The notes below the pieces were generated by a model. It saw only the letters and a list, made by a program, of their open reading frames with translations. It had not been told where the DNA came from and made no database searches. Made by a program: the position numbers and the translations under genes. DNA of 64,000 bases from an uncultured Bacteroidales bacterium (lineage in GTDB: Bacteria > Bacteroidota > Bacteroidia > Bacteroidales > UBA932). Shown here piece by piece: positions 50,926-60,592 of the stretch; positions within the stretch are counted from its first letter, which is position 1; every line of letters begins with the position of its first letter. The stretch covers positions 1,742 through 65,741 of the forward strand of contig CAMHKQ010000003.1 of the NCBI GenBank assembly GCA_946185745.1. Direction: 5' to 3'.

Positions 50926-52290
50926 ATGAAAAGACTGATACTTGCAGCCGCGGCGCTGCTCTGCGCCCTCAGCTTTGCGCATGCGCAGGAAAGCGACATA
51001 GTCGCCCAGAGCGACGGATACGAATGGCCGACCGACCCGCAGGTCCTCGAAAAACTCGAAGAGTGGCAGGACCTGAAGTTCGGCGCGCTGATTCACTGGG
51101 GGCTCTATGCCGTACCAGGCATCGTGGAGTCTTGGAGCATCTGCAACGAGGACTGGATAACCAGGCCCGAAGGCTCGAAATACGAGGAGTACAAGCAGTG
51201 GTACTGGGGTCTGAGCAAGGAATTCAACCCGGTGGATTTCAACCCCGAACAATGGGCGCAAGTCTGTGCCGACGCCGGTATGAAGTACTCCATCTTCACC
51301 ACCAAGCACCACGACGGATTCTGCATGTTCGACACCCGCTACACCGATTTCTCGGTGGCAAAAGGGCCGTTCGCGGAGAATCCCCGCAGCGACATAGCCA
51401 AATACGTGTTCGAGGCCTTCCGGGCGCAGGATTTCATGATAGGAGCCTATTTTTCCAAGCCCGACTGGCACTGCGAAGGCTTCTGGAATCCCTATTATGC
51501 CACGCCCAACCGCAGGCCGAACTACAAGCGCGACATGCATCCCGAGTGGTGGCAGGCCTACGTCGACTTTACGCAGAACCAGCTGAACGAGATTACCGGC
51601 GGGCGCTACGGAAAGATTGACATCCTCTGGCTTGACGGCGGATGGATAACCGGAGACGAAGTGGGCCTGAACGAAGTGCTCCCCGAAGCCAGGAAGCTCA
51701 ATCCGGGCATGATCTGCGTGGACCGCACCATCCAGGGCCCGAACGAGAACTACCAGACCCCTGAAAGGATGGTTCCCGACCATCAGATCCTGCACCCGTG
51801 GGAGAGCTGCCTGCCGCACAGCAACGACTGGGGCTGGACTCCCCGCGCGCACTACAAATCCGCCCGCAGGGTCATCAACACCCTTGCCGAGATTACAGCC
51901 AAGGGCGGCTGCCTCGTGCTCGGGGTCGGGCCCACTGCCGGCGGCATCGTGGAAGAGAAGGAAGTGGTGATACTCAAGGAGATAGGCGCATGGCTAAAGG
52001 CCAACGGCGAGGCCATCTACGCCACCAGGCCGGTAGAGAACTACCATCAGGACAAGCTGTGGTTCACCCGTTCCAAGGACAGCTCGAAACTGTATGCAAT
52101 CTATGCGCTGCCCGACGGCGAGAGCCTGCCGCAGACCATTTCATGGACGGGCAACGCGCCCAAGGGAAAGGCCGTGCTTCTGAGCACCGGCAAGAAACTC
52201 CGCACCGTCACCAAGGACGGCGTGACCACGGTCACCCTGCCCAAGGGCCTCAAGGACGACTCCGTCGCCCTCCGCCTCGAGGTCAGGTAG
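50926..52290 (+). CDS. Alpha-L-fucosidase (GH29)
   Basis: KFGALIHWG, TTKHHDGFCMFDT, ILWLDGGW, WLKANGEAIY. Confidence 0.88.
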   Translation: MKRLILAAAALLCALSFAHAQESDIVAQSDGYEWPTDPQVLEKLEEWQDLKFGALIHWGLYAVPGIVESWSICNEDWITRPEGSKYEEYKQWYWGLSKEFNPVDFNPEQWAQVCADAGMKYSIFTTKHHDGFCMFDTRYTDFSVAKGPFAENPRSDIAKYVFEAFRAQDFMIGAYFSKPDWHCEGFWNPYYATPNRRPNYKRDMHPEWWQAYVDFTQNQLNEITGGRYGKIDILWLDGGWITGDEVGLNEVLPEARKLNPGMICVDRTIQGPNENYQTPERMVPDHQILHPWESCLPHSNDWGWTPRAHYKSARRVINTLAEITAKGGCLVLGVGPTAGGIVEEKEVVILKEIGAWLKANGEAIYATRPVENYHQDKLWFTRSKDSSKLYAIYALPDGESLPQTISWTGNAPKGKAVLLSTGKKLRTVTKDGVTTVTLPKGLKDDSVALRLEVR

Positions 52291-52305
52291 CGGCCGGACG
52301 GGCTT

Positions 52306-52467
52306 TTACTCCGCCGGGCTGAAGTCTTCTTTGCCGACTCCGCAGATGGGGCAGACCCAGCTTACAGGGATGTCTTCGAAGGCGGTTCCGGGCGCGATTC
52401 CGCTGTCGGGATCGCCTACTGCGGGATCGTATTCGTACCCGCAGATGTTGCATGTGTACTTCTTCAT
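52306..52467 (-). CDS. Rubredoxin (53 aa, absent from the ORF track)
   Basis: Manual translation [53 protein letters not shown]. Confidence 0.96.
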   Translation of the reverse strand: MKKYTCNICGYEYDPAVGDPDSGIAPGTAFEDIPVSWVCPICGVGKEDFSPAE

Positions 52468-52482
52468 AATATAGCTGAGATT

Positions 52483-53679
52483 TTAAAGTTTCAGTGCGAA
52501 TGCCTTGCCGTAGTCTTCGGCCTCTTTGAGGGCCTTCTCGTCGGGAACCCACATGGTGCGGCAACCTTCGTCGGTCACTTCGAAGCCGGCCTCGGTGAGG
52601 GCGGCGCTGATGAGCTTTGCGCCTTCTCCGCTCCATCCGTAAGAGCCGAAGGCGGCGGCCTTCTTTTTCTTGAGCCTCATGCCCTTGAGCATCTCGAGTA
52701 TGCCGGCGATGGCATAGGAATAGCCGTAATTGATTGTGGGTGAACCTACAAGCACCGCCTTGCTGCGGAACACCTCGGTGAGGATGTCGTTCTTGTCTTC
52801 CTTGGCGGCGTTGAAAATCTTGACGGTGGTAGCGGGAGCTCCGGCCTTGATGCCCCTGGCTATGGCCTCGGCCATGAGCCTGGTGCTGTTCCACATGGTG
52901 TCGTAGACTATGGTGACCTGGTCTTCCTGATAAGAGTCGGACCACTGGAGGTACTTCTCCACGATTTGCGCGGGCTCCTTGCGCCAGATGACGCCGTGGC
53001 TGGGGCAGATCATGGCGAGGGGCAGGTTCATGCCCAGGATTTCCTTTACCTTGCGGCTGACCATAGGGCTGTAGGTGGAGAGGATGTTGGCGTAGTATTT
53101 CAGCGCCTCGTACATCATCTCGCACTTCGGCACCTCGTCATTGAAGAGGTTTTCGCTCGCGTAGTGCTGGCCGAATCCGTCGTTGCTGAAGAGGACTCCG
53201 CCCCCGCCGTTGTAATACGTGAACATGGTGTCGGGCCAGTGGAGCATGGGGGCTTCGATGAAAGTGAGCCTTTCATCCCCGCCCAGTTCCAGGACATCGC
53301 CGGTCTTGACGTTCACGAAGTTCCAGTCTTTATGGTAGTGGCCGCGCAGGATGGCCTCGCCTTTTGCCGTGCAGTAGACCGGAGTGTCGGGAATTTCGCG
53401 CATGAGCTCCGCGAGAGCGCCGGAATGGTCGGTCTCGTTGTGCTGCATAATGATTGCATCTATCTGGTCCAGAGGCACTTCCTCTTTCAGGCGGGATACG
53501 AATTCCTTGTCGTAAGGACCCCATACGGTGTCAAGCAGAACGGTTTTAGTCAGGCCCCTCACGAGATATGCGTTGTAGCTGGAGCCGCGCTTGGTGCTGA
53601 GTTCGTTTCCGTGGAACATGGTGAGCTCCCAGTCCACCTTTCCAACCCAGGTTATGTTATCGGTTATTGTTTTTGACAT
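52483..53679 (-). CDS. fprA: Flavodiiron protein (FprA, O2/NO reductase)
   Basis: HNETDHSG, HWPD, SNDGFGQH, PSHG diiron ligands; flavodoxin motifs YDTMWNST and FGSYGWSG. Confidence 0.92.
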   Translation of the reverse strand: MSKTITDNITWVGKVDWELTMFHGNELSTKRGSSYNAYLVRGLTKTVLLDTVWGPYDKEFVSRLKEEVPLDQIDAIIMQHNETDHSGALAELMREIPDTPVYCTAKGEAILRGHYHKDWNFVNVKTGDVLELGGDERLTFIEAPMLHWPDTMFTYYNGGGGVLFSNDGFGQHYASENLFNDEVPKCEMMYEALKYYANILSTYSPMVSRKVKEILGMNLPLAMICPSHGVIWRKEPAQIVEKYLQWSDSYQEDQVTIVYDTMWNSTRLMAEAIARGIKAGAPATTVKIFNAAKEDKNDILTEVFRSKAVLVGSPTINYGYSYAIAGILEMLKGMRLKKKKAAAFGSYGWSGEGAKLISAALTEAGFEVTDEGCRTMWVPDEKALKEAEDYGKAFALKL

Positions 53680-53750
53680 GGTATTGCAAATATAATCGTT
53701 TTTCCATCAAGTAGCAAGTAGGGAGAAATTGTTATCTTTGCAGATACGAG

Positions 53751-54593
53751 ATGGACAAAACCGGTATCATAGAGATGGTTCACGCATCCGCGGCGCTCGA
53801 GGGAGGTACCCTCGATCTGGAAGAGTGCCGCCTGCTTCTCGAGAAGAACGTGAGCTCTGCCGGCAAGACCATTCAGGAGCAGATGATGTGCATGGGCCTT
53901 GACGGGGCCTACAGGCACTGCCTTGAGTTCGCCCGCACCCATGAATACTGGAGCTCTTACCGCATCAAGATGCTCGCGGTGGAAGCCCTGCACTGTTTCG
54001 GGCTCGACGGCAACGCGGTCAGGAGCGAAAGCGCTCTGGCGAAGGTCTGCTCCATCGCGAACGGCTGCCGTCTGCATCTCGGCACCACGCCTCCCGAAGA
54101 CATCTACCGCGGCTCCCTTTCCATCCACTTCATAGTCTCTTCTCAGAAGCCCTGGGCGGACGGAAACGACGTGATGGCGCGCCTGCTCATGAACTACCTG
54201 CAGATGGAATGCGGTCTGGCCCCGGTAATCGTCAGACCCTCGCAACGCTCTGAATATAAGCGCATTCTTGCTGTCGCAAAAGAAGAGGACATTGCGGAGA
54301 TCTTCGTGAACTACATGATGGACCACCTGCACGACGCCCCCGAGAAGGAAAAGACGCGGCCTGCCGCAATAAGGGTGGCTTACGCTGCGCAAAAACCGTT
54401 GGTGCAGAAGTTTTCTTCAAGGCAGATGATACTGCAGCTGCTCCGGGAGCGGCCGTACATGACCACGGCAGATCTGGCCGCGGCCATCGGCATCAGCGCC
54501 AAGGGAGTTGAAAAGCAGCTGAGACTGCTCAAGGAAGCCGGCAGCCTTGAACGTATAGGTCCCGACAAGGGCGGGCACTGGCATGTAATTTAA
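53751..54593 (+). CDS. Degenerate Fic-domain protein with C-terminal winged HTH
   Basis: SAALEG (SxxxEG), KPWADGNDVMAR aligning to HPFxDGNGRxxR, and HTH ending GPDKGGHW. Confidence 0.65.
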   Translation: MDKTGIIEMVHASAALEGGTLDLEECRLLLEKNVSSAGKTIQEQMMCMGLDGAYRHCLEFARTHEYWSSYRIKMLAVEALHCFGLDGNAVRSESALAKVCSIANGCRLHLGTTPPEDIYRGSLSIHFIVSSQKPWADGNDVMARLLMNYLQMECGLAPVIVRPSQRSEYKRILAVAKEEDIAEIFVNYMMDHLHDAPEKEKTRPAAIRVAYAAQKPLVQKFSSRQMILQLLRERPYMTTADLAAAIGISAKGVEKQLRLLKEAGSLERIGPDKGGHWHVI

Positions 54594-54603
54594 CAATTCA
54601 GAT

Positions 54604-55086
54604 ATGGACGTTTGGAGTATATTGGGCCTGATAGCAGGCATAATCGGAATTGCCGGAAGCGTGCTCCCCATGCTCGCCGGGCCGCCCTTCAGCTGGGTCG
54701 GCGTGCTGCTCGTGTACATCTCCGGCACCAAGGGCGGGGCTGATCCTTATACCCTCAAAGCCCTGATAGCCTGGCTGATAGTTACCGTCATAGTCACGAT
54801 AGCCGACTACATCGTTCCCGGCTGGTTCACCAAGGTGACGGGGGGCCACAAGGCGGCTTCCATAGGCGCCACCATTGGCCTGCTGGTCGGCCTGTTCTCG
54901 CCGTTCGGAATAATCCTGGGAGCCATCCTGGGGGCGTTCCTGGGCGAGTTCATCGTGGAAAAGAAGGGCGTGTGGGAGTCTTTCAAGGCCGGTATCGGGG
55001 CGTTCTTCGGCTTCATCACCACTACGGGCGTGAAGCTTATCGTCTCCGGGCTCATGCTCTTCTCCATCATCAAACATGTATTTTAA
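54604..55086 (+). CDS. DUF456-like membrane protein
   Basis: Gly-rich hydrophobic helices; GSVLPMLAGPP, GAFLGEF. Confidence 0.7.
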   Translation: MDVWSILGLIAGIIGIAGSVLPMLAGPPFSWVGVLLVYISGTKGGADPYTLKALIAWLIVTVIVTIADYIVPGWFTKVTGGHKAASIGATIGLLVGLFSPFGIILGAILGAFLGEFIVEKKGVWESFKAGIGAFFGFITTTGVKLIVSGLMLFSIIKHVF

Positions 55087-55098
55087 CAGAATCTGACC

Positions 55099-55545
55099 GT
55101 GTCTGAAACCAGAAAACCCTCCGAGTTCGTGCGCTTCCTCAAGTTCGCGCTCTTCAGCGTCAGCGCGGGGCTCATCGAAATGGGCGCTTTCGCCCTTCTG
55201 AACGAAACCACCGGCTGGACCTATTGGCCCTGCTACCTCATAGCCCTTGTCCTGTCGGTGCTGTGGAACTTTACGCTCAACCGCAAATTCACATTCCGCA
55301 GCGCCAACAACGTGGCCAAGGCCATGATGCTGGTATTCCTTTACTATCTGGTATTCACGCCGTTGTCCACGATACTCGGGCAATGGCTCACCGACGGCAT
55401 AACCCTGTTCGGGGCAGGCGGCAGGGGCCTGCACTGGAACGAGTACCTGGTCACGGCCATCAACATGGCGCTCAATTTCGTGACCGAGTTCCTCTTCCAG
55501 CGCTACGTGGTCTACGGCAAGAGCGTAGATTCAGCGGTGAAATAA
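55099..55545 (+). CDS. GtrA-family membrane protein
   Basis: FLKFALFSV, WNFTLNRKFTF, NFVTEFLFQR; GTG start. Confidence 0.8.
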   Translation: MSETRKPSEFVRFLKFALFSVSAGLIEMGAFALLNETTGWTYWPCYLIALVLSVLWNFTLNRKFTFRSANNVAKAMMLVFLYYLVFTPLSTILGQWLTDGITLFGAGGRGLHWNEYLVTAINMALNFVTEFLFQRYVVYGKSVDSAVK

Positions 55546-55555
55546 CCTCCCGGGG

Positions 55556-56902
55556 CTACAGCTCTCCGCTTCTCAGTTTTTCCACATAGTCGCCAACCCG
55601 CTGCAGTTCGCGCGGGATCTGAATGCTCTGCGGGCAGTGCGATATGCATGTTCCGCAGTGTATGCAGTGGTCTGCCTGACGGAGCGACTCCACGGCGCGG
55701 TCGTACGAGATGAGATAGCGCCGGCGGAGCTTCTGATAGTCTTTCTGCTCGCGCGAAGTCGCGATCTGGCCGGTATTCACCATCTCGTTGTAGTGCAGGA
55801 AAATCCCAGGAATGTCTATTCCGTAGGGACAGGGCATGCAGTATTTGCAGTCGTTGCAGGGCACCGTCGGATAGGAATCCAGCAGGATGGCTATCTCCAT
55901 GAGGAACTCGATTTCCTCTTCGGTGAGAGGCTTGAAGTCCCCGAAAGTCTGCACGTTCTCCTTCAGCACTTCCATGTTGGTCATTCCGCTCAGGGCGCAG
56001 AGCACGCCCGGGTAAGACCCCACGAAACGAAAGGCCCATGAAGCAATGCTGCGCGACGGATCGCGCTCCTGCAGCTTGCTGGCTGGACCTTCGGCCATCT
56101 TGGCCAGACGGCCTCCGAGCAGCGGCTCCATGATCACCATGGGAATTCCCCTCTTCTCAAGCTCCTCGTACAGATACTCGGCGTTGGTGTTGCGCGGCTC
56201 CTTTGCATGGCGCCAGTCAAGGTAGTTCATCTCTATCTGCACGAAATCCCAGTGGTACTTGTCATGCAGTTTCATAAATTCGTCGAAGGCGTCATGCGGC
56301 CCGTGGAACGAGAAACCGAGGTTGCGGATACGCCCGGCCTCGCGCTCCTTCAGCAGGAACTCCGTCATGTGATTGTCCTCATAGCGCTTCTTGTACATGG
56401 GGTACCCGCCGCCGCCGATGGAATGCAGCAGATAGTAATCGATATAATCGGTGCGCAGGTTCACGAAGGAGTCGCGATACATCTTCAGGGACGCCTTTTC
56501 GCTGGCATCGCCGAAGTTGGAAAGCTTTGTGGCCAGATAGTAGCTGTCGCGCGGATAGCGGCTGATGGCTTCGCCCAGGGCGGCCTCGGACTGCCCCTGC
56601 AGGTAGGCGGGCGAGGTGTCATAGTAGTTCACCCCGTGGTTCCAGGCATAATCCACCAGGGAGTTTACTATTTCCTGGTCGATGTGGTCGCGGCCGTCGT
56701 CGCCCTTCTTCATGGGCCAGCGCATGCAACCGAAGCCCAGAAGCGACACCTTGTCGCCGTTCTTTGCATTGGTGCGCTGTATCACCCTGAGGTCCTTGTC
56801 GTCCCCGGCAGGTTCTGCAGCCTTAAGCGGCGTTGCGGCGGAAGAGGCGGCGAGTGCGCCCGCACCGGCCACCGTGGTCTTTATGAATTGTCTTCTGTCC
56901 AT
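55556..56902 (-). CDS. Tat-exported aldo/keto reductase with C-terminal 4Fe-4S dicluster
   Basis: MDRRQFIK, SLLGFGCMR, YYDTSPAY; CNDCKYCMPCP and CIHCGTCISHCP. Confidence 0.88.
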   Translation of the reverse strand: MDRRQFIKTTVAGAGALAASSAATPLKAAEPAGDDKDLRVIQRTNAKNGDKVSLLGFGCMRWPMKKGDDGRDHIDQEIVNSLVDYAWNHGVNYYDTSPAYLQGQSEAALGEAISRYPRDSYYLATKLSNFGDASEKASLKMYRDSFVNLRTDYIDYYLLHSIGGGGYPMYKKRYEDNHMTEFLLKEREAGRIRNLGFSFHGPHDAFDEFMKLHDKYHWDFVQIEMNYLDWRHAKEPRNTNAEYLYEELEKRGIPMVIMEPLLGGRLAKMAEGPASKLQERDPSRSIASWAFRFVGSYPGVLCALSGMTNMEVLKENVQTFGDFKPLTEEEIEFLMEIAILLDSYPTVPCNDCKYCMPCPYGIDIPGIFLHYNEMVNTGQIATSREQKDYQKLRRRYLISYDRAVESLRQADHCIHCGTCISHCPQSIQIPRELQRVGDYVEKLRSGEL

Positions 56903-56904
56903 GG

Positions 56905-58413
56905 CTATCTGTTATCTGTGTGAACTTCGCGCCCGTCCACATGGATGGCGCTGTAAGGCCTTGCAGGACAAAGGTTTTCACATGCACCGCAGCCGATGCA
57001 GGCTTCCTTGTCCACGCTTGGGATCCGGAGGGATTCGGGATTGTCCGGCTCTTTCGGCACCATGCGGATGGCACCGGCTGGGCAGTGGCGCGCACAGTTG
57101 CCGCAGGACACGCCGTCAGTGTTCACCACGCAGAGGTCGTAATCTACCGTGGCGATGCCGATGTGAATCTGAGTCTTCTCTTCCGGAGTGATGGGGAGAA
57201 TGGCCCCTGCAGGGCAGACCTGCGAGCAGACGGTGCACTCGGGACGGCAGTAGCCGGCTTCGAAGCTCATGTACGGCTCCATCAGGTTTTCGAGCTTGTC
57301 GGACGGCCGGAGCACCCGGTTGGGACACTGCGAGATGCAGAGCCCGCAGGCGGTGCAGTGGTCGTAGAAGCGCTTTACGCTGCCGGCCCCGAAAGGTACC
57401 AGGACCGTGGAGCGCTCCGGCTCTTTCTTATCTTCGATGAAAGCGAAGCCGCCATCCACCTTCTTTTCCTGCGCCTTCAGCGCAAGCGAGCCCGCCAACA
57501 TGGCGCCGGCGGTCATGAACGCCCTGCGGCCGGGATCGGCAGCCTCTTCAGCGGGTATCGTCTGCGCCTTCTTGCGGCCCCAGGCGAACTTGTAGTGCAG
57601 AGCGTCGAACTTGCACTCTTCCAGGCAGTTGAAGCAGTCGACGCAGCGGCTGTAATCGATGCTGTGGCTGGAGATGTCTATGCAGGACGCTTTGCAGCCG
57701 CGTTCGCAGAGTTTGCAGTTCTTGCACTTGTCGGCGTCGATCACCGGACGGAACATTGCAAAGCGCGAGAAGAAGCTCAAGGTAGTGCCCACCGGGCAGA
57801 CCGTATTGCAGTATGTGCGGCCGTTCTTCCATGCTAGCACAATCAGCAGCACGAAGGTGACTGCGGTCACAATGAACGTAGGCAGGCTCTTCAGCCACAC
57901 CGATTTCTCGTAGAAGGCATAGCTGCCGGCCCTCTCGCTGAGTAGGGCGAACAGGTTGTTGACCCAGCGGTATACCGGCTGGAACAGGTTTGTCACGATA
58001 CGGCCGTAGGCGCTGTAGGGGGCAAGCAGCGACACGAATGCGCTTACTCCGGCGACCAGGGCCGCCACGAAGAGCACCCAAACGCCGTACCGGAGCCATT
58101 TGACCTCTTTTGAAGAAGTGAAACGGAGGCGCGCACGCCTCTTGTTCCTGAGGCCGCTCAGCCACGAAACCATGTCCTGGAAAATTCCGAGCGGACAGAT
58201 AACGGAGCAGTAGACGCGCCCGAACAAAAGCGTGATGAGTACCAGGGCCACTATCACCGCCAGGTTCAGCGCGAGGATTGCGGGCAGGAGCTGGATTTTT
58301 GCAAGCCAGCCCAGCCAGTGATGCAGGATCCCCGTAAAATCGAGGAACAGGAGAGTAATGGCGAGCAGCACCACCGCTCCCAGCACTCTTCGTAATTTGG
58401 GCAGGGTTTTCAC
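56905..58413 (-). CDS. Membrane polyferredoxin (NapH/MauN-like fused to NapG/NapF-like)
   Basis: GRVYCSVICPLG, YCNTVCPVG, multiple CxxCxxCxxxCP; internal GRRAFM; start GTG 58413 or TTG 58422. Confidence 0.85.
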   Translation of the reverse strand: MKTLPKLRRVLGAVVLLAITLLFLDFTGILHHWLGWLAKIQLLPAILALNLAVIVALVLITLLFGRVYCSVICPLGIFQDMVSWLSGLRNKRRARLRFTSSKEVKWLRYGVWVLFVAALVAGVSAFVSLLAPYSAYGRIVTNLFQPVYRWVNNLFALLSERAGSYAFYEKSVWLKSLPTFIVTAVTFVLLIVLAWKNGRTYCNTVCPVGTTLSFFSRFAMFRPVIDADKCKNCKLCERGCKASCIDISSHSIDYSRCVDCFNCLEECKFDALHYKFAWGRKKAQTIPAEEAADPGRRAFMTAGAMLAGSLALKAQEKKVDGGFAFIEDKKEPERSTVLVPFGAGSVKRFYDHCTACGLCISQCPNRVLRPSDKLENLMEPYMSFEAGYCRPECTVCSQVCPAGAILPITPEEKTQIHIGIATVDYDLCVVNTDGVSCGNCARHCPAGAIRMVPKEPDNPESLRIPSVDKEACIGCGACENLCPARPYSAIHVDGREVHTDNR

Positions 58414-58422
58414 GATAAACAA

Positions 58423-60093
58423 TTATTTTTCCTCCAGGACGGAGCCATGGGCGGATTTGGCCACGGCTTCCTTCCAGAAGTCGGTATATCCGGGTTGAGT
58501 GAGCCCCTCCGGGGTGCCGGAGTGGTATTTGCTGTGCTTGAAGGAGCCGTCCTCGTTCTGGGCCTTCACGTTGCCGTCGATGAACTTCACCAGCAACAGC
58601 TCCTCGAGCTTTTTCCATGCTTCGAACTGGTCCATGGCGGTCCCCACGGTATATTCGGTCATGAGCCTGCGGGCTTTCCTGACCCTTCCTTTCCGGATGA
58701 GCTTCGCAAGTTTGGCATCCAGTTCGGGAACTTTCGTGAACATCTGGTCCTGTTCGAAGGAGTCGGCGGCGCAGCGAGCTACCGGCGCCATGAAATTGTA
58801 CATCTTGTAGCAGGCGTTGGCCACGCGGTTGCACATCCAGAACTGGGAGGTCGGCGAGTAGTGAAGAATGTCGCCGTTGCCTTCGCGCAGGCACTCGGGC
58901 ACATCATTGGTGCTGGCGTAAATGGGTGTGAGATAAGAAGTTGCAGCATCGTCACAGCCAAACCAGATGAGGGCTCCCACCTCGTCGGGAAGGTTCGGAC
59001 GCGCCTGCGCCACGAACCAGAATCCGGTCTGCTGGGTGGCTATGGCCCTTTCGTTCACGTAGGATTTGCCTTCCCACTTGAAGCCCATCGGGCGCCAGCG
59101 GTACGGGAGGGCGTTTCCGCCCGCGCCGATATCGGTGGTCATGTCCATCGGGGTGCCCTCGAAGTGGTCGCGCATCACGTCGGCAACGTCCTTCGGGGTA
59201 ATCTTGTGGTCGGGCTTAATCCATAGCGGAAGTTCGCCGGCCAGATCGTAGCCCATGGCATAATTGAGATAGCTGTCGGCGTCGAAGGCGCTGCCTCCGA
59301 GCAGGCGGAACATGCTCCAGACGCGGGCGTCGCAGCCGCGGACGGTGCCGAAGTCGAGCGGGCAGTATGCCTCGCGGAAGGAGAATTCCTCGTCGCTGCC
59401 GCTGAAGTAGCCTTTCTCGCGGGCAAAGGAAATCACGTCGGGGGCGTAGAGGGTATTGGGATCATCCAGCGGGAAGCGGGTGATGCGGGCCTGGTTGGCA
59501 TGCCCGGAGATATACCCGTCGGGGATGCGGCGGGCCACCCACACCAGCCCCTTGTTGTCGGAGCCCTTGCCGATGAGGTCCATTATCCAGGCCTCCTCCT
59601 TGTCGGCGATACTGAAGGTCTCGCCTTCCGAGGCATAGCCGTATTCGTTTGCAAGCGAGACGATTATGTCGATGGCCTCGCGCGCGGTGCGGGCCCTTTC
59701 GAGGGCCACGTAGATGAGCGTGCCGTAATCCATGACGGCGGTCGTGTCCATGAGCTCAAGCCGCCCGCCCCAGGTGGTTTCGCCTATTATTACCTGGTTG
59801 ACGTTGATATTGCCCACCCTCTGGTAGGTTACAGGCACCTGGGGGATGGCCCCGAGGGGACGGAAGGTGTCCCACTCGATTATCTGCCTCATGGCACCGG
59901 CCTTCCAGTGCCGCCCGGGCAGGAAATACAGCTCGCCGAAGAGCATGTGGGAGTCGGCGGCATAGGAAACCATGGAACTGCCGTCCGCGCTGGCTCCGGG
60001 GGTGACTATGACGTTGGAACAGGCCCTCGAACGGTCGCAGAAGAGCAGCGCCGCCGCGGTCAGGGCCAAGCAAATCAATGATTTGGATTTCAT
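58423..60093 (-). CDS. C69 family dipeptidase (Ntn-hydrolase)
   Basis: Signal peptide then CSNVIV N-terminal nucleophile; ERARTAREAI, GETFSIAD, RWRP. Confidence 0.85.
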   Translation of the reverse strand: MKSKSLICLALTAAALLFCDRSRACSNVIVTPGASADGSSMVSYAADSHMLFGELYFLPGRHWKAGAMRQIIEWDTFRPLGAIPQVPVTYQRVGNINVNQVIIGETTWGGRLELMDTTAVMDYGTLIYVALERARTAREAIDIIVSLANEYGYASEGETFSIADKEEAWIMDLIGKGSDNKGLVWVARRIPDGYISGHANQARITRFPLDDPNTLYAPDVISFAREKGYFSGSDEEFSFREAYCPLDFGTVRGCDARVWSMFRLLGGSAFDADSYLNYAMGYDLAGELPLWIKPDHKITPKDVADVMRDHFEGTPMDMTTDIGAGGNALPYRWRPMGFKWEGKSYVNERAIATQQTGFWFVAQARPNLPDEVGALIWFGCDDAATSYLTPIYASTNDVPECLREGNGDILHYSPTSQFWMCNRVANACYKMYNFMAPVARCAADSFEQDQMFTKVPELDAKLAKLIRKGRVRKARRLMTEYTVGTAMDQFEAWKKLEELLLVKFIDGNVKAQNEDGSFKHSKYHSGTPEGLTQPGYTDFWKEAVAKSAHGSVLEEK

Positions 60094-60178
60094 CTGAAAA
60101 TTATTTGGATTTTGACAAATGTAACGAAAAAACGGGCGAAATGCAATCTTATAAAATAATTGCGTAAATTTGCGGTCT

Positions 60179-60592
60179 ATGAGAATCAAAGCCATACTGA
60201 CCGTACTGCTGGCGCTGGCGGCATTCTCCGCCGCGGCACAGGAGCAGCTCACGCCCGAACAGCGCGAGAAGCAGCTGTACGAGAACATCCAGAAGCAGTT
60301 GGACGACCTCACCATGTCGCTCAAGCTCGAAGACTGGCAGGTCTTCTATCTCGACTCCATCCTGGTGAACAACTACACCGCCATGTCGGCCGAGTTCGAA
60401 GAGATGTCGAACAACAGGGTGTCGAGCCAGGACCTCTACATCTACATCCAGGATAAATGGATGGACGAGACCTACAATGCCATCCACAAGATTCTGGACG
60501 ACAACCAGTGGCAGAAGTATCTCAAACAGGGGGCCGCAAAGGCCAAGAAGGCACGCGACAAACGTGCGGAAAAAAGGGAAAATCAGAAATGA
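60179..60592 (+). CDS. Exported helical hypothetical protein (Spy/CpxP-like pattern)
   Basis: Signal peptide; LTPEQ, SLKLEDWQ and ILDDNQWQKY spacing resembling LTxxQ repeats. Confidence 0.5.
   Translation: MRIKAILTVLLALAAFSAAAQEQLTPEQREKQLYENIQKQLDDLTMSLKLEDWQVFYLDSILVNNYTAMSAEFEEMSNNRVSSQDLYIYIQDKWMDETYNAIHKILDDNQWQKYLKQGAAKAKKARDKRAEKRENQK

Noticed and set aside
52283-53125. 280-aa minus-strand ORF spanning fprA and rubredoxin as a frameshift fusion
   Set aside because: Both genes have clean starts and stops; the long ORF is an off-frame overlap that happens to be open
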